64,000 nucleotides of DNA. It comes from Octopus bimaculoides. Lineage: Eukaryota. Under the pieces are notes generated by a model. It was given only the letters and a program-made list of their open reading frames with translations, had not been told where the DNA came from and did not search any database. The position numbers and the translations under genes are program-made. The stretch covers positions 90,460,832-90,524,831 of the forward strand of contig NC_068982.1 of assembly GCF_001194135.2 (NCBI RefSeq). Reading direction: 5' to 3'. Positions 39,444 to 53,111 of the stretch are shown here, piece by piece; positions within the stretch are counted from its first letter, which is position 1, and each line of letters opens with the position of its first letter.

Positions 39444-39647
39444 TCAGTTGAAATTTCTGTAAGCGTTTTTAATGATTTGGTACGGAGCTGTTGTACCAAT
39501 GGCCAAAGTAGGCCATCGCAGATCTGGAAGTCGATGCAGTCGGTGTTCCTCTTTAACAACCGCCAGATGACGGCTGCTAGAATCATTGAAGGAAGAGGAG
39601 AGAGCAGACGAGGAGGAAGGACTGTGAACATATCGTTTATGCAGATC
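39444..39647 (-). CDS. Probable terminal coding exon of the ankyrin-repeat gene (67 aa + stop: DLHKRYVHSPSSSS...KNAYRNFN*)
   Basis: Strong acceptor ccactcctttcattgcag|GAT at 39648/39647. It is phase 0, matching the donor at 40928, and the frame stays open to TGA at 39446-39444. The Ser-rich composition continues the preceding exon. No transcript evidence is available. Confidence 0.65.
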   Translation of the reverse strand, partial: DLHKRYVHSPSSSSALSSSFNDSSSRHLAVVKEEHRLHRLPDLRWPTLAIGTTAPYQIIKNAYRNFN

Positions 39648-40304
39648 CTGCAATGAAAGGAGTGGGTAATATGGGGAGTGAGAGACGGGAAGATGAATAG
39701 ATGGAAATGAGTAGGATTGTGTAGAATTCTCGTTCAAGCTGAGAACATATACTAGAATTTTACCAACTTTCAGACAGTAATTTATAAACTAATAAATTTA
39801 TTATATGTGATTGCTTTAATATAAATAAGAAATTATTATATGTATTGCTTTACATATAACAAATTTACTTTATCCAATAGCTTTACATATAACAAATTTA
39901 TTAGATATTGCATCTTGTTTCAAGAAAATTTGAACGTCTTAAAACCTTAGTTAAAAAGCAAAAAAATGGTGTTAGCAATAGACGGTTCCCATATTTGTTT
40001 CTTGTTTCACTCTTATTAAACTTGTTGTAACTGAAAGTCTCATGTACCTCATATGAAAGTAGTCACGGGGGCTTTATAATGATCTGCTATCTTTAACATA
40101 AAAGGAGCTCCAGAGTGAAACCAAATATCTTTTATACACCGATGCAATACATATACGTGCTTCCATGTTAGGCTTCATTTAGTTTTCTTACTTTTCCACA
40201 AATATTGCTCTTATAATCTCATCAAACCCTGTTCATTTCTGTCTCGTGTTCTAGGACTCATTGATCCGCTTATTCAGTTTCTATTGCGTATTAAGCGAAT
40301 GAGA

Positions 40305-40745
40305 TCGCATTATGCCCCTTGAACGAGACATCAGTCTGTCGCAGGGTTACTCATTTACAGCTGAGTGGACTGGAGCAATGTGAGATGAAAGTGTTTTGTT
40401 CAAAAATACAATGCACTGCTTGATGCTAGAATCGAATCCGCGATCGCAAGATCACGTGTAACAGCTTTACCCTTAGGTCATGTAAAAAGAAAGGGTAAAG
40501 TTACCTTCTCGAGTCATACTGACTCAAAAGAGCTGATTTCCCTGTTTTATGGCGTGTATAATCCCCACTTGGACAGGATACCAGTCCATCACAGGATTAC
40601 TCATTTTTGCCAGCTGAGTGAAATGAGCAACGTGAAATGAAGTGCTTTGCTCAAGAACACAACGCGTCACCCGGTTCAGGAATCGAAACCACAATCTTAC
40701 GATCATGAGTCCAACACCCTAACCACTAATCCTCGCGCTTCCACT
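40305..40745 (-). mobile_element. Two tandem CORE-like SINEs (family D) in the ankyrin-gene intron
   Basis: Both carry ACTCATT...CAGCTGAGTG..GAGCAA.GTGA.ATGAAGTG.TTTG.TCAA.AA.ACAA.GC and a GAATCGAA B-box complement. Related copies lie at 19336-19545 (-) and 26713-26830 (+). Confidence 0.8.
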
Positions 40746-40928
40746 CCTTAGACTATGAGCCTTTACTAACTCTGATTATCTTGTCTTTTAGCTCATTTTT
40801 CAAATTTACAACGAAACTAATCTCCTTCACTAAAGTCCTGATTATTACGAATTAGTCAAGATTCGCAGTATAAGATCAAAGATAAAATACATAATTGTTA
40901 TAGGTTTCTACTGGAATTTTGTACTTAC

Positions 40929-42290
40929 CATTGATATGTCTGTTTCCGTGTCATCAGTAATGCTGAAACGATTTGACTGCTGTCTGCTTCGCGCGCTTCG
41001 GTAGGAACTGGTCGATGTTCTTTCGGCTAAATCCGACTCAATAAAGCTTTCCGTTAAAGCAACGCGTCTATCTTTGAATTTTAATTTCTCACTATTAAGT
41101 CTCTTGAAAAATCGAGAAACTCCACTTGAAGAAGTTGACGAATCTTGGCTAACTCCCATGTTGTAAATTTTAGATTGACATTTTGTTGAAATTTCCAGTT
41201 TCATCATCTCTTTTATAACATCTAGTTGCTCTTTGTCAAGAGTCGGCCGAATATTACATGCTGACACACCAAAGAACGTTTGCATATGTATTTTGGCGCC
41301 GTGTTTCATCAAATGGCGAATACACTTCTCATTATAAAAGTCGGCACAGGATGCAAGATGCAACGGAGTGACGCCATGTCGATCTTGAATGTTCGGGTTA
41401 GCGTTATATTTTAAGAGAAGATCAACTGCTGGTGCGTTCGCATTGACAATAGCCAAGTAGAGTACTGGTAAGTTGAACAATTCATCTTGACTGTAGTTGA
41501 AAGAAAATTCAAATAAGATCTCGTGTTTCGCTGGAGTAGAACACAAGTTTCTCGATTGTTGGTGTTGGCGAGATTCATTTATAAGCGAAGCCACCTGCAG
41601 TTTGGTCGAAGAAGCAGCCGCCTGATAATTAGATGTTTTATTGTCCTGCTTAACGCTGGCTACAAATTTGGTTTCCACATCTTCTTTATTGACAGGGTAA
41701 GATGTTTCAGTGATGATACTATTTTTCCGTGATGCACTGTAACAAAACTGGTTCGGCATATTTGGATCAATGCCACATTTTAATAGAATTTTCAAGACAT
41801 CAACTGAATCATTTTGTACGGCAACATGAAGTGATGTACGAAATATTGCCGGAACATCACTTATATCCGTTACAACACTTTCTCTTCTGTCATTTCGTTC
41901 AACGTAGTTTTGGCTTCCTTGACTGATCCGCTGACTATAAGAATCACAACTGCCTCGTTCAGTAAAGTTATCACTATTTATTGTTACTGGAAATTTGGTA
42001 TGGTGTAATTTGAGAATCTTCGTCAGTGACAAGATATCATTTTCCTGCAAAGCCCGTTCTAACTGTTCCGCTTCAGTTGATAAATCGAATATTGACGAAG
42101 CTGTACTGCTTGCACGTCGCCATTCTTCAGCTGCTGTATTGCGATTCCAGGAACTTGGAACAGACAAACTACCTGGACTTTGTGGTGGTATCAGCTGCAG
42201 ATCATGATCAGGAACAGTGAGGTAATCGATAGCAGAATTACCACCAGTGGAAAAATGTCTTGCCTGCGAATTGCCTCGGTTAGAAGTCAT
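40929..42290 (-). CDS. Ankyrin-repeat protein, first coding exon (454 codons)
   Basis: By far the longest gap-free, non-repetitive ORF in the window. The ATG at 42290 has a purine at -3 and an in-frame TAA just upstream. Ankyrin motifs: RTSLHVAVQNDSVDVLKILLKCGIDPN, PVLYLAIVNANAPAVDLLLKYNANPNIQD, GVTPLHLASCADFYNEKCIRHLMKHGAK. A donor ATG|GTAAGT at 40929/40928 is phase 0. An upstream acceptor ttttttttctattacag|G at 42487/42486 implies a 196-nt 5'UTR part and an earlier non-coding exon. Confidence 0.88.
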
Positions 42291-42621
42291 TGCGATTTGT
42301 TTTTAACAAAGGACTCTACCAGTAAAGACAAACTCATAATCACAAAGCTCTTAACATTACAAGGGAAAATTAATTTCTATTCCGTAAATTTGATCATATC
42401 TTTGATTGTCTCGATCTCGTAGAAAAATGCGTATATCCGAAAACATTGTAAAGTATATAGAGTTCAAAATGATATTCACCACAGACCTGTAATAGAAAAA
42501 AAAACAATGACATCAATAATACTTAAAAATGCACAATGTAATTCATAAAATTCACAAATTTGCTATATTCAGGGTGCATGTCGCTTTGAACATGAGTCAT
42601 TTACAATTTTCTAAAGAATAA

Positions 42622-43700
42622 CACTGGGGAACAATTTTGAACATAATTTCTGATGAGTTGGATTTTTCACTTTATTTAGACTAAAATTGGCATGCTGATT
42701 TCAAACCTGAAGACAACTTTCTTCTATCATTCCAAGTTTTTTTTTTCCGCAGCTTATTCTCTGAATAAGCACAATCGTATTGTTTGTCCATAAGTAAAAG
42801 GACTGATCATCTGATTGCTTTTATTCTGCTATTGAGTGAAAAGCATGTCAGCTTAGCTGGCATGGGGTTACGATGCATGAAATTACACGATCGTGGCCAA
42901 GATATGAGAGTGACAAGTACTGTAGTATAGAGAGTTCGAAGTTAGGAGGCCGGAGATCAGATTTGTGCGGTAAAGGAGAGATTACAAAGCTTTGATATGA
43001 GGGAACTTGTGCTTTGAAGTATGGAAGGATTCTGTCCTGAGATCTCAAGCCCGAGTTTCTACCCTGTTCTATTTTTTATGGAGTATTTGGGTGAATGTAT
43101 GTATGGTATATTTGTATGAATGTACATGTATGTATATTCATTTTTGGGTGAATCTCCAAATATTTATCTGCCATAGTGGTCACAGGCTGCTGTGGCTGCT
43201 CTATATAAGTGATTATTATTGTATTATGCGAACAATACATAAAATCTGTATAAAAGGGGTTAGCAGACCTTATGTAAGCATTTTTGTTTTGTTTCTTTAA
43301 GCTTGTGAGTGTTCAACTTTCTGTTTCTTGTTTTTTTTTTTTTTCTCAAACTTGTTTATTTCCTTTTTCTTTCAGGTCATGTCCGCCTCTGCTACTTCTC
43401 ATTGTAAGTGCCTGAACAGCTCTGAGTATTTTTGCTATATCTGTGGTAGTTTTACCATTCCCGGTGAAAGTGCAAACATCAGCGCCTTGTGAAACAAAGC
43501 TATTTTGCACATACTAAAGTAAAAGTTGGTAATCAAGACAAGTCTTGGCCTCTTCACAAGATGTGCAGGCAGTGTGTCGAGAGATTACAGATGTGGACCA
43601 AGGACAATGTTGGCATCGGTATATCTATGATATGGTGAGAATCATAAGATCATTGCAGACCCTGTTAAATTTCTTTAGGGAAAACTTCAAGTTACAGAAT
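42622..43700 (+). mobile_element. Chapaev3-like (CMC superfamily) DNA transposon, 5' fragment
   Basis: Begins TAA|CACTGGGGAACAA. A polypyrimidine-CAG acceptor (43375) precedes an ATG at 43379. Translation across one frameshift gives MSASATSHCKCLNSSEYFCYICGSF...VGNQDKSWPLHKMCRQCVERLQMWTK...GISMIW*E, matching the FCYICG...GDQDKxWAPHxxCxxC...GIPMVWREP zinc-binding N-terminus. The family name is from memory of such elements. Confidence 0.65.
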
Positions 43701-44599
43701 AAAGAAGCTACGTATTCATTTTATCTTTAACCACAAACTTATCTGGAATTTTGGGTGGAAAAAAGAAAAAAACAAATACTTTTAAAGATAGGTATGCCAT
43801 AAAAGGATAACCTTTAATAACTACCCGTCTCTTGAATCTGTTATCGTTCCACTTCAAAGAAAACCAGTGACATATGTTCTCTTCTTCCTTAACTCAGTAA
43901 CAAGCGCTATCACCTTACAGACTTAATTTCATATATATAGTGTCACAACCACTGTCTTTACCCTGTTGCTTTTCGAGTTATTAAACTAACAAATTTACTT
44001 GCACGCATGTATACATACATACATATGCATTTATTCGGCACAAATCTACATACATGAGTATATAAGTACTTATATCTATCCAAACATACACTCACACTTT
44101 TCCTTCTCATGAATGTTGTACCTATTTACGCCGCTCTGCTATTGAAACCTAATCACGCTCATATATTAATACTTTTTCTTATTTATATCAATTCATTTGA
44201 AATTATGAGTTTATACTTAAAAGAGGAATTTAATTTTGAAGAGTAGACTTATAAGGTTTCTTCGTACAGACCTACATAGTTCTACATATCCCAATTCGTC
44301 TATTCGCATATAATAATACTACTATAGAAATACATTCCGTATTCATCACACCTCGTAAGTGCATATACATATACGCCTAATGATAAATCTATCTAAGAAA
44401 CGTTTCACTTTTAACCAAACATTACACATATACAAACTATTATGCAATTATATGTATATATGTGTGTGTGTGTGTGTGTGTACATCAATGTAATAGTACT
44501 ACTAATAATACAAAAACAATAATTACATTTATAAGTAAATAAATAATTGATTAATCATAAGTAACAGAGGTTTCTTCCAAATTCCAAAACCGAGCTTTT

Positions 44600-46035
44600 A
44601 ACTCTATGGTTACATTTTTAACAATTTCAGAGTGCTTGTTAATGATGTTACAGTTGGATAATATGATGCATAGTGTCTCTTCCAGGGATACGTTACACGA
44701 TTCCGAGTGTACATTATATGGGTATGCATTCTCTACCACTAACCAAGTCATGCTGTATTGCATCTCTTTTTTTGTTTGAGTCTCAAGATCAGGTTAGAAA
44801 GTTATGTGCATTGTCTTTTGCAGATGTTCCTAAATGATGCAAATCGGTTTCTCCAGCGATTCTTGGAATAGTTGCTTGTTGCACCTAAAAATGCATATTC
44901 ATAAGCACTCATTTTGACAATACATTTGTGTACAATGCCTGTGAGAGGACATACTTTTCTATCTACAATTACATCTTTACTGTAGTATTTTCCAACTAGA
45001 TTACTACTTATATTCTTTTATAATTTTTTGTTCTTAGTGGCACAGTTATTATTATTATTGTTATATTCGTTGTTATCATTGTTGTTATCCCCAATGTTAT
45101 TATTATTAGTGCTTACAACATTCACATCGTTATTTATATCATCTGTGTCAAGGTTGGTATTATTACTCATGTCGGAATCAAATGGACTGTCTTGATTATG
45201 CCTTCCACGATTATAGTTATCCCTATTTGCGAGATCCACGTTGTCTTGAACCATAGTTTTAGCATTTGTGATTGTGTGACTCGGCTTTTTATTTTCCAAT
45301 TTATGAACATGGAATGCCAGGATATTTGAGGTTGCATAGGACAGTTTCACGATATGCCTATTAACAATTTTGTATTAGTGTCTAGATTTAGGGAAATGTT
45401 TATCTAATGCCGAGAAAAATTCCCGAGCAATTTTAAACGATACATGTAACCTAAATACCAGATTAAATCACAAAATACCACCTTTTTTAGATTTATTATC
45501 CGTTTAAGTGTAATAGTTATAGTACATGGTAAAATCATGAAGATAGGAATTTAAGTTAGATATTTATTCTTATTTCTAATATCCTTATTTCCATCTTTAT
45601 TTTTTTAATTTTCAGTCCTATTTTTCCGCTAATCAAATACTATTTTAAACATAAGCCTTTCTTTTCCGTAATTTCAACATTATCACCTTTTCTTTATTTA
45701 CGTTCTTTATGTTCACTATCAGTCTTTCCTCTATATAATGTTGGCGTTGTTTTTTTTTATCTGTATATTGATTAACTGTACAATCCTTAGGTATGTGTTT
45801 AATGTTTTCAGTGTATCTTGCACCAGGTAATGCTGTATTATAATATTATGCGTATGAGCTGAATATTACGTCAATCGCAGAAAACGTTGATATTCTATTT
45901 CTCACATTTTCACTATTCCATTTATTACTGAATGTGGATGATACGATTCTTTGCAGACATAGCTTAGATTTTCGTTAGGTTTATGGTATGGCTCGTATAA
46001 GCTGGTATTTAAATTAAGCGTTACATCTAGAAATA
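44600..46035 (-). mobile_element. Penelope-like element (RT thumb + GIY-YIG), 5'-truncated, decayed
   Basis: FLDVTLNLNTSLYEPYHKPNENLSYVCKESYHP, YYNTAL, IAREFFSALDKHFPKSRH*YKIVNRHIVKLSY, CPLTG, and YSMTWLVVENAYPYN...CNVSLEETLCII...INKHSEIV, all in the expected order. Confidence 0.8.
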
Positions 46036-46275
46036 TGTATACACGCGCGCGCGCACATGCACACACACGCGCGCATGCGCACACACGCACACACACACAC
46101 GCGCACACACACACACACACACACAAACATGTTATATATATACGATTATGTATATTATTCTTTTGCTTGTTTCAGGTATTGAAATGGTGCATCACCTTGA
46201 AGGTCTTTTAGTTGAACAAATCAGCCCCTGTTTAGTTCCTATTTTTAAAAAATCGCTTTTGCAGGAACGTAAACG

Positions 46276-46312
<37 letters not shown>

Positions 46313-49300
46313 ACATATGTATGTATGTATAATATCACTAAATGTACACTAATTTACACGCAATCCCTTACTTTCCATTCGTATGCAACGGCAGACTGAC
46401 AACTTCTCTAGAAATCACATTTATCTTGAATAGACGCTTGCTTTGCATCATCTTAGATAAATCACAGTTCCTTTTCAAGGCTTCCAAAATTGCTTCACTT
46501 TGCAAGTGCTTACAAACTTCCAATATGCCCCATGGTAGAGGTACTATTCACTCATATGAGACAATGTATCCAATGTGCCACGCACTAGTGCTGCACACTA
46601 GTCCAGTTTATTACACACGAATCACCAAAGACTGATAGATATCGTTGCTTTCAAATAATCATGAAGAAAATTGAAATATATTTGACTTTATTTCACACTT
46701 CCGCGTAAAATAAATAAATAATTAGTTAAATTATTTTCTATACCTCTAAAAAAGAATTGCCATTTATTTAAGACGATCGAAATATTTTAAACCGATGAAA
46801 TTTATAAATCGAAAAAAAAAAAAAAAAAAGAATTCAATAAAAATCTATAATAGTAAAACTGACGAATAAGGAAAGTTTTCTCCTGATTCTCATTACTGAG
46901 AAGTGAATTGTTTCAAGTTTACAATGTTCAATTTTAAATCAAGAATATATGAAAAAAAAGATAATAAGAAATTGTTTGACAGAAGTAAACTGAATTTATC
47001 AGCGCCCTCGCGTTGTTTCCAACTAACGAATAATTAAAACATTATTGCTAATTAAAATTGTAACAACCATTAAAATTGATTTTTAACATGATTTTATTCA
47101 TTTCTACGTATTTTACTTCCTTTTTTCCCTTCTCTGTCTTCTCTTCATACTTCTTTTCAGCATTTCATCATTATTGCTAATATTTTTCTTATATAGCACG
47201 TTGGATTGGCTAATTCGATACATCAACCAAATTATTTTAGTTATAATTCTTTACATTCCAAGTTCAAATTCTACTGAAGCATACTTGTCTTTTCGGAATT
47301 CCCAGCTGAGTAAAATATGTACCAACTAAGGGGAAACCAGTAGAACAATAATGAAATATATCTAATAAGAGAAAATGATCGCTAATAGTGGGAGACATTG
47401 TTCCTATGTCAGAAATCCTTCATCATTGCTCCACCTTGGTGGTATTGTTGTTGCTAAAGAGATTATTGCCAAGCACCAATAAATAGGATCCCTGTCTGCT
47501 ATCCCAATGGGATCTTAATGTATATGAGAAATTATTGTTGTTTAAAAAGCAGCACGTTTTACGAGCACGTGTATTTTATACGTCACAAGAGAGAAAGAAA
47601 ATAAGTAAAACCTTTTAAGATTCTAGTAACTCATTTCGGAAAAAATACTAGAATAGTGCATGTCTGTGTGCGCGTGTAAATGTTAATATTGCTGCCTGGT
47701 TACAGTCAGCGTGTTGTTGACAAGATGGCCGTCATCGAAAACAACATAATATGAACAGTAGTCAAACATGAAGAGTTGGTGGACGCCGAAAGCCGAGATA
47801 TGTCAATAGCTGAAGCTATAGGGAAAGGTGTGGAGTCATTAAGTATGCAAAAACAGTGAAAAAGAGAAAGGGAAACTAACAAAATAGAATAGAGGGAATT
47901 TACATAGACATTCTAATAATTAGCTACAGTCATACATCGTATCGTTGCTGACTCCGTTAGAAATAAAATGACACTATACACTTGCATTAGCAAATCTGGT
48001 CACTAAGTAGTCGGTATGCCAAACAAAGAGACGGATTTGATATAGTTGTTTATGTCCAACTCTGACCATGCGATGTTGTAAAGACATCTAGAACTACATT
48101 AACTAATGTGTCATTTGCTTATTTAAGACGGGATGGTGTAATTTGAAAATGATTTGGCTTCTGTTTTTGTTTCCTAGCAGGCTGTGTGACAATATAGTCG
48201 TTCACTCACTGACTCAAGAAAGAGATGTAAGTTTAGGAGTAGAGTCGTCACAGCGTAGGCTGAAATGTTTCGTGTTCAAATCCCACCGATATCAACTTAG
48301 CCTTTTATCGTTCGGGATCGAACAAAGGAGTACCAATCCAAGGATGCTTCGCAGTATTTGTTCCGGATCTGTGTTCCGAGTTCAAATTCTTGCTGTGTCT
48401 CACATGGGCTGCATACTTAATCTATCTCCCTGCTTAACACTACCACCTGGCATCCTGAGCGTTTTTACCAGAGTCTGCTCTGTTTGCAAGCATTCGATAC
48501 ACGTCCCCAGCTTAAGGATAGCGCTCTCCCTTTCTTCTACTAGTCTTAGAGGAGTTGTAAACGATCATAAGCATTGCCTCTTGGATCAAAAATGAAAAAA
48601 TGTCAACATCAACCAATATTTGCTAGGGCAGCAATATTTGTATGATTTGGTTTCTTTTTTCTTTCTTAAAAATTGACTGGCATGACGAAGGAGAAGTGGG
48701 AGTTGATATTTAAAAAGTATGAGTAGTGGAACCATATATCTTAGATGCATTGTTCGGTATATCCTTCAAGAAAAAAATATCCAATTGTATCCACTTGTGC
48801 TTGCTCCCTTCAGACATCATTACTCTCAGTGTAAATTCATGAGGTAAATGCTCCCCAAGAAAGAATGTTTATTTGCATTGCCAAGACAGTTTCAGCTTTT
48901 CGAAATGGTTAAAACGTGAGTTACTCAACAGACATTAAGACTAGCAATACAGAACTTTTATAAAATATGGGAAATGAGAATGACTTTTTGATTTTTTTAA
49001 TAGTGCAGTCAGACGAGAAAGATTAACACCCAAAACGCTTTTCAGAGACACCATTAATGGTGAGAGGACAGAAAGAAATATCCTCAGGCCGGAGATCTGA
49101 CTTGCATGCAACAGAGTGATGGGGCTCCATTAAAGGGAGCTGTCACCCAATAACCGTCTCAAACTTCCTTACAGTTTCCTCCTCCAAATTTTACTAGTAT
49201 GGCTTTGGTCAAACTGAAGTTATAGTAAAAGACGGCGAAGGCAGCACAAACCGAAACAATTGCGAAGCGAACTTCTAAGCCGCTCGGCTATGCCTATACC

Positions 49301-51825
49301 ATGATCTATTTACGCTACATTACCTTGCCCATTCCCATGTCTAATTATTGGACGCGCCGAAGCTAGATCACCGATAGGCTGGGCCGTAATAAAAATCACA
49401 TCTGTAATGAAAACTTTAAAATTCCTTCAACAAATATATCGGATAATTTGGCAGCCGTAACGATTCAGGTTGGATACTTGAAGGCCAGGACGAGTAAGAT
49501 GACACTAACTCTCAGTTAAAATAAGTGTTAGATGATGTTTATAGTTTTCCATTTATTTATTTAGTATTTCAGAGAATTTAGTAAAATAGACTTTGCAACG
49601 TTATTTGAGTTTGATGAATAGATTTAATTGCGCTGAATGAAACATGAGCCAACTTACAATTTGACCGCCAGTTGATGACAACTAAATATAATTTGCCAGA
49701 GTTACATACAGTAGATAGAACTGATGGAAAGTCGCTTTACTGATTTTGTTTTCATTCGCAACTGTTATTTATTGTTACACATAGGTCGGAATGCAATCCT
49801 AGATACACATCTTATCAGAGTAGGTTGCTACAGCATCCTAGTTTGGTGTGCCACATCGGACTGGAAGTCTTATCTAGGTAGGATTTAGATAAGATTAAGG
49901 CACAAAACTGGCATGAATACGATGCAATAAAAGTAAACTACACATTTTATTTAGATATAATATTTATTAGATGAATAGAAAAGTAATTATCAAGCAATCC
50001 GAATTTCAAGCCTGTTTCCATCACAGAATGCTAATTAAAGAGGTCATATTAGATAAAATAATTCAAGTGGGGGCCTAATTAAAAGAAGTCTTAATATAGC
50101 GTGTTTAAAGACCAGTTGACCACTCTAATTGAAAAAAAGAAACTGATGGTAGAGAAATTTAGGTAAGAGGGAGAATGAGATGTTGCCATCTGAGAAGTAA
50201 GCTGAAAAATTGTTTTTAACTTGGAGGCAAGCACAATGAGATGTATGGGAACTTAGATTAATGAGAGCTTACACACTCTATTGTTGTTGTTTTTTATGCC
50301 ATGCATAAATATATAGTGTTATCTGTTATAGGTGAAATCAAGTCGGAAAGAATAACTGTTGGCTATGACAGAGTACATTAATGATTGTGACCCCATAAAA
50401 TTGCTTGTGAATTCAGAGTGAGAATCGTGATACAAGATACAAGACAAATCGATTCATGTTCCGAACCTCATATTTCAGAGATTTTTGAGGGCCGAGAACT
50501 ATAATGTCAATTACGGTTTTTAGAAGAAAATGTAGATTATGTGATGAAGAGAATCAACTAAATGAGATGAAGAAAAATAAATATCCTGAGTAAAATGGCA
50601 TCTCTGTCGTTGTCTTTGATCTCATAAATTAGACGGAATAGACAAGTCTCTCGACAACATTTATTTAGGTGCCGATCAAAATAGAGTCTGTGCATGTTAT
50701 CAGAATCTCTAAGCAGGTTGTGTGAACAGCAAGGTTGAAAGTCCTGTTGGAAGAGATACTGCGACCATCGAAAACGTCTCCTCTTTGATCATGAGTCAAT
50801 TCAATCAGTGTTGATCTTAGGCTAAAGAGAAACATCATTGATAGTAATTCTCCTATTGTTAAATACTGTTTGATGAGATGAAAAAGAATAGCAGTGACTC
50901 GTCATCAACATTGTTAATATAGCTATATTTAATAGAAATTGAATCTTACGCTTCTTGTTTATCTACAGCAGTCAATGGTGAGGTTTTCTCATAACAAACA
51001 ACACACAGACGCAATTTGAATTTTCTTCTTTTAATTAAAACATAAAATCCTCTTTTCTGTTCAAATGGCTGTTTTATAGGTCTGATAAAGAATCAATTCC
51101 TTAAGATAACGTACCAGTCAACCACTGGAACTGATTTTAGTCAACTGACGCACCCCATCCAAAATTACAGGCATCGTGTTTCTGTTAAAACGTATTATCA
51201 TTTTTTAATCACCACCACCACCACCACCACCATCATTTTCATCATCATTATTATTATTATTCTGTTTTCAACTGAAAGACAGCACTTTCGAGCTCGTAAG
51301 TTGTTCCTGAATTTTGTTGCTGTGAAAAAATTAATTTTGTTTTCTTTGTTGTTAAGCTAACCAAGATTCTCTGAGATTAGTTGGTTTTATGAAATGTTTT
51401 GCACCTTGGGCAAAATTTTTGTGGTTTTTAAAACTTTTTATTTAAGAAATTACAAATGAAAAGAAAATATGGCTTCGCAAATCCAGAGAGCATTTAACTA
51501 TTCCAGCAGTCGATACAATTCTAATTTCCCACAGAAAATGCATGAACGACAATAACAATGCTAACAAAAACAACAGTAGAAATATTAATCAACGTAGATG
51601 AAACGACGCGTGAAAGCAAAACTGCCACCGCTGCCATCAACGAGTGCTGACCGAAGCAACAACAATGAGCATGGAGACCACAGCAACACCAACGACCATG
51701 ATAAACAGAAAGAAGGGAAACCGAATTGTCGATTCGATACACCTGAAAATTCCACTTCTGCCACCATCAATAATACCAGCACCATCACCACCATTAACAA
51801 TATCAGGTTTCTGAAGCCTGATCTG

Positions 51826-53017
51826 ATGGTCACACTGAATCATTACATCCCACAGGATTTTGAAATCTTTATTCTCAGTAACTCCTTCCGAAATTTTGTC
51901 ATACCACGTCTTCAATGTGTTCCTTTAAATTTTGTCATACAACGTAGTCCTTTAAAGTTTCTATTTATTTGCACAATTATCAATTCTGATGATGCCGCAC
52001 TTCTTCACATGTTTCAGCAATGGTTCCACGGTACTTTTGACATACCATCCTAAGTCATTTTCCACTGCTTCAACATAATCCCGACAACTGGACAAACCTC
52101 TCCTAATTCTTTTTTCGGACAAGAACAACCTGTCAGTTAGGATGGAATGCTCCGTCCACTGTCAATATTTTTCGTGTCTTTTTATCCGTACTGATCACTT
52201 CATTCTTTTGCCAATTTATGATTCCAGCTCCATACCAAATCGATGCTATCGCCCATAAATTTACTGCTGGGATTTTATTCTATCCTGTCAATTTTGAACG
52301 CAACACTAATCTTAGTCTTCGGAAATATTCTTTCCGCAGTTGTTCTTTCATTTCCTTCTCCATTATTTCATTGAACTGTAGTATGCCAAATTATTTATAG
52401 TCTTCCTTTTCAATGTTTCATCACTTCTCTATTTGATATTTCTATCCCTGCCAGGGACTGTACATTGCCTATTTTCAGTTTCACTATACCACTCTTCTTG
52501 AGTTCGAATTCCATCTTAATATCAGCACTAAAACAGTGGACCGTGTTCACCAAGGAACTCATTTCTATCACATCCTTGCGATACAGCTTCAAATCACCAT
52601 GAAGAGGAAATGGTTGATTCTTTGCGTTTTCCTTTGAATTGATATTCCAGGTTCACTTTCCTCAGTACTAAGGTCAGAGAGATCATCACACAAGGTACAA
52701 AAAGCAACGAAGATAAGCTATCTCCTTGGAAATCCTTCTACCTATGTCCAGGATGCACAAGCTTTGTTCGTGCGATGTCAACTCAGTTTTCCAACCTACC
52801 AAACTTTTCTTCAGGAAACATGTTACATTCCTTGCAATTCCAAACATATCTAAGTACTCAATGATCCAAGAATGTGAAAAATATCGTAAGCTTTGCGGTA
52901 ATAAATCCAAATCATTCCTAAACTTTCCTTCCTTCGCTTATAAACTTACATTACCATTTTGTTTGTCAATAATTGGTCTTTGGTACCTGTGCATCTCCTC
53001 CCAGGACCTTTTTGATC

Positions 53018-53018
<1 letters not shown>
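51826..53018 (-). mobile_element. Second R4/Dong-like element, truncated at both ends and decayed
   Basis: GTKDQLL...WIYYRKAYDIFSHSWIIEYL, FSADIKMEF, YQIDAIAHKFTAGIL on + (reverse of the RT thumb region), and KILWDVMIQCDHQIRLQKPDIV. The 5'-truncated end joins directly to (AAT)n at 53019. Confidence 0.85.
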
Positions 53019-53076
<58 letters not shown>

Positions 53077-53111
53077 GTGTTGTTGTTGTCGTCGTCGTTG
53101 TTGTTGTTGTA
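53019..53111. repeat. (ATT)/(GTT)/(GTC) compound microsatellite
   Basis: Read directly from the sequence. Confidence 0.95.

Noticed and set aside
47721-47730. YY1-like CAAGATGGCC with an ATG
   Set aside because: All downstream frames close within about 15 codons, and a single motif is insufficient for a promoter call.
48143-48595. 150-aa plus-strand ORF
   Set aside because: It runs through decayed SINE-A sequence (about 48240-48400) and has no protein motif.
51521-52053. Asn/Thr-rich ORFs on both strands
   Set aside because: They are degenerate trinucleotide sequence fused to the antisense of the Dong RLE fragment.
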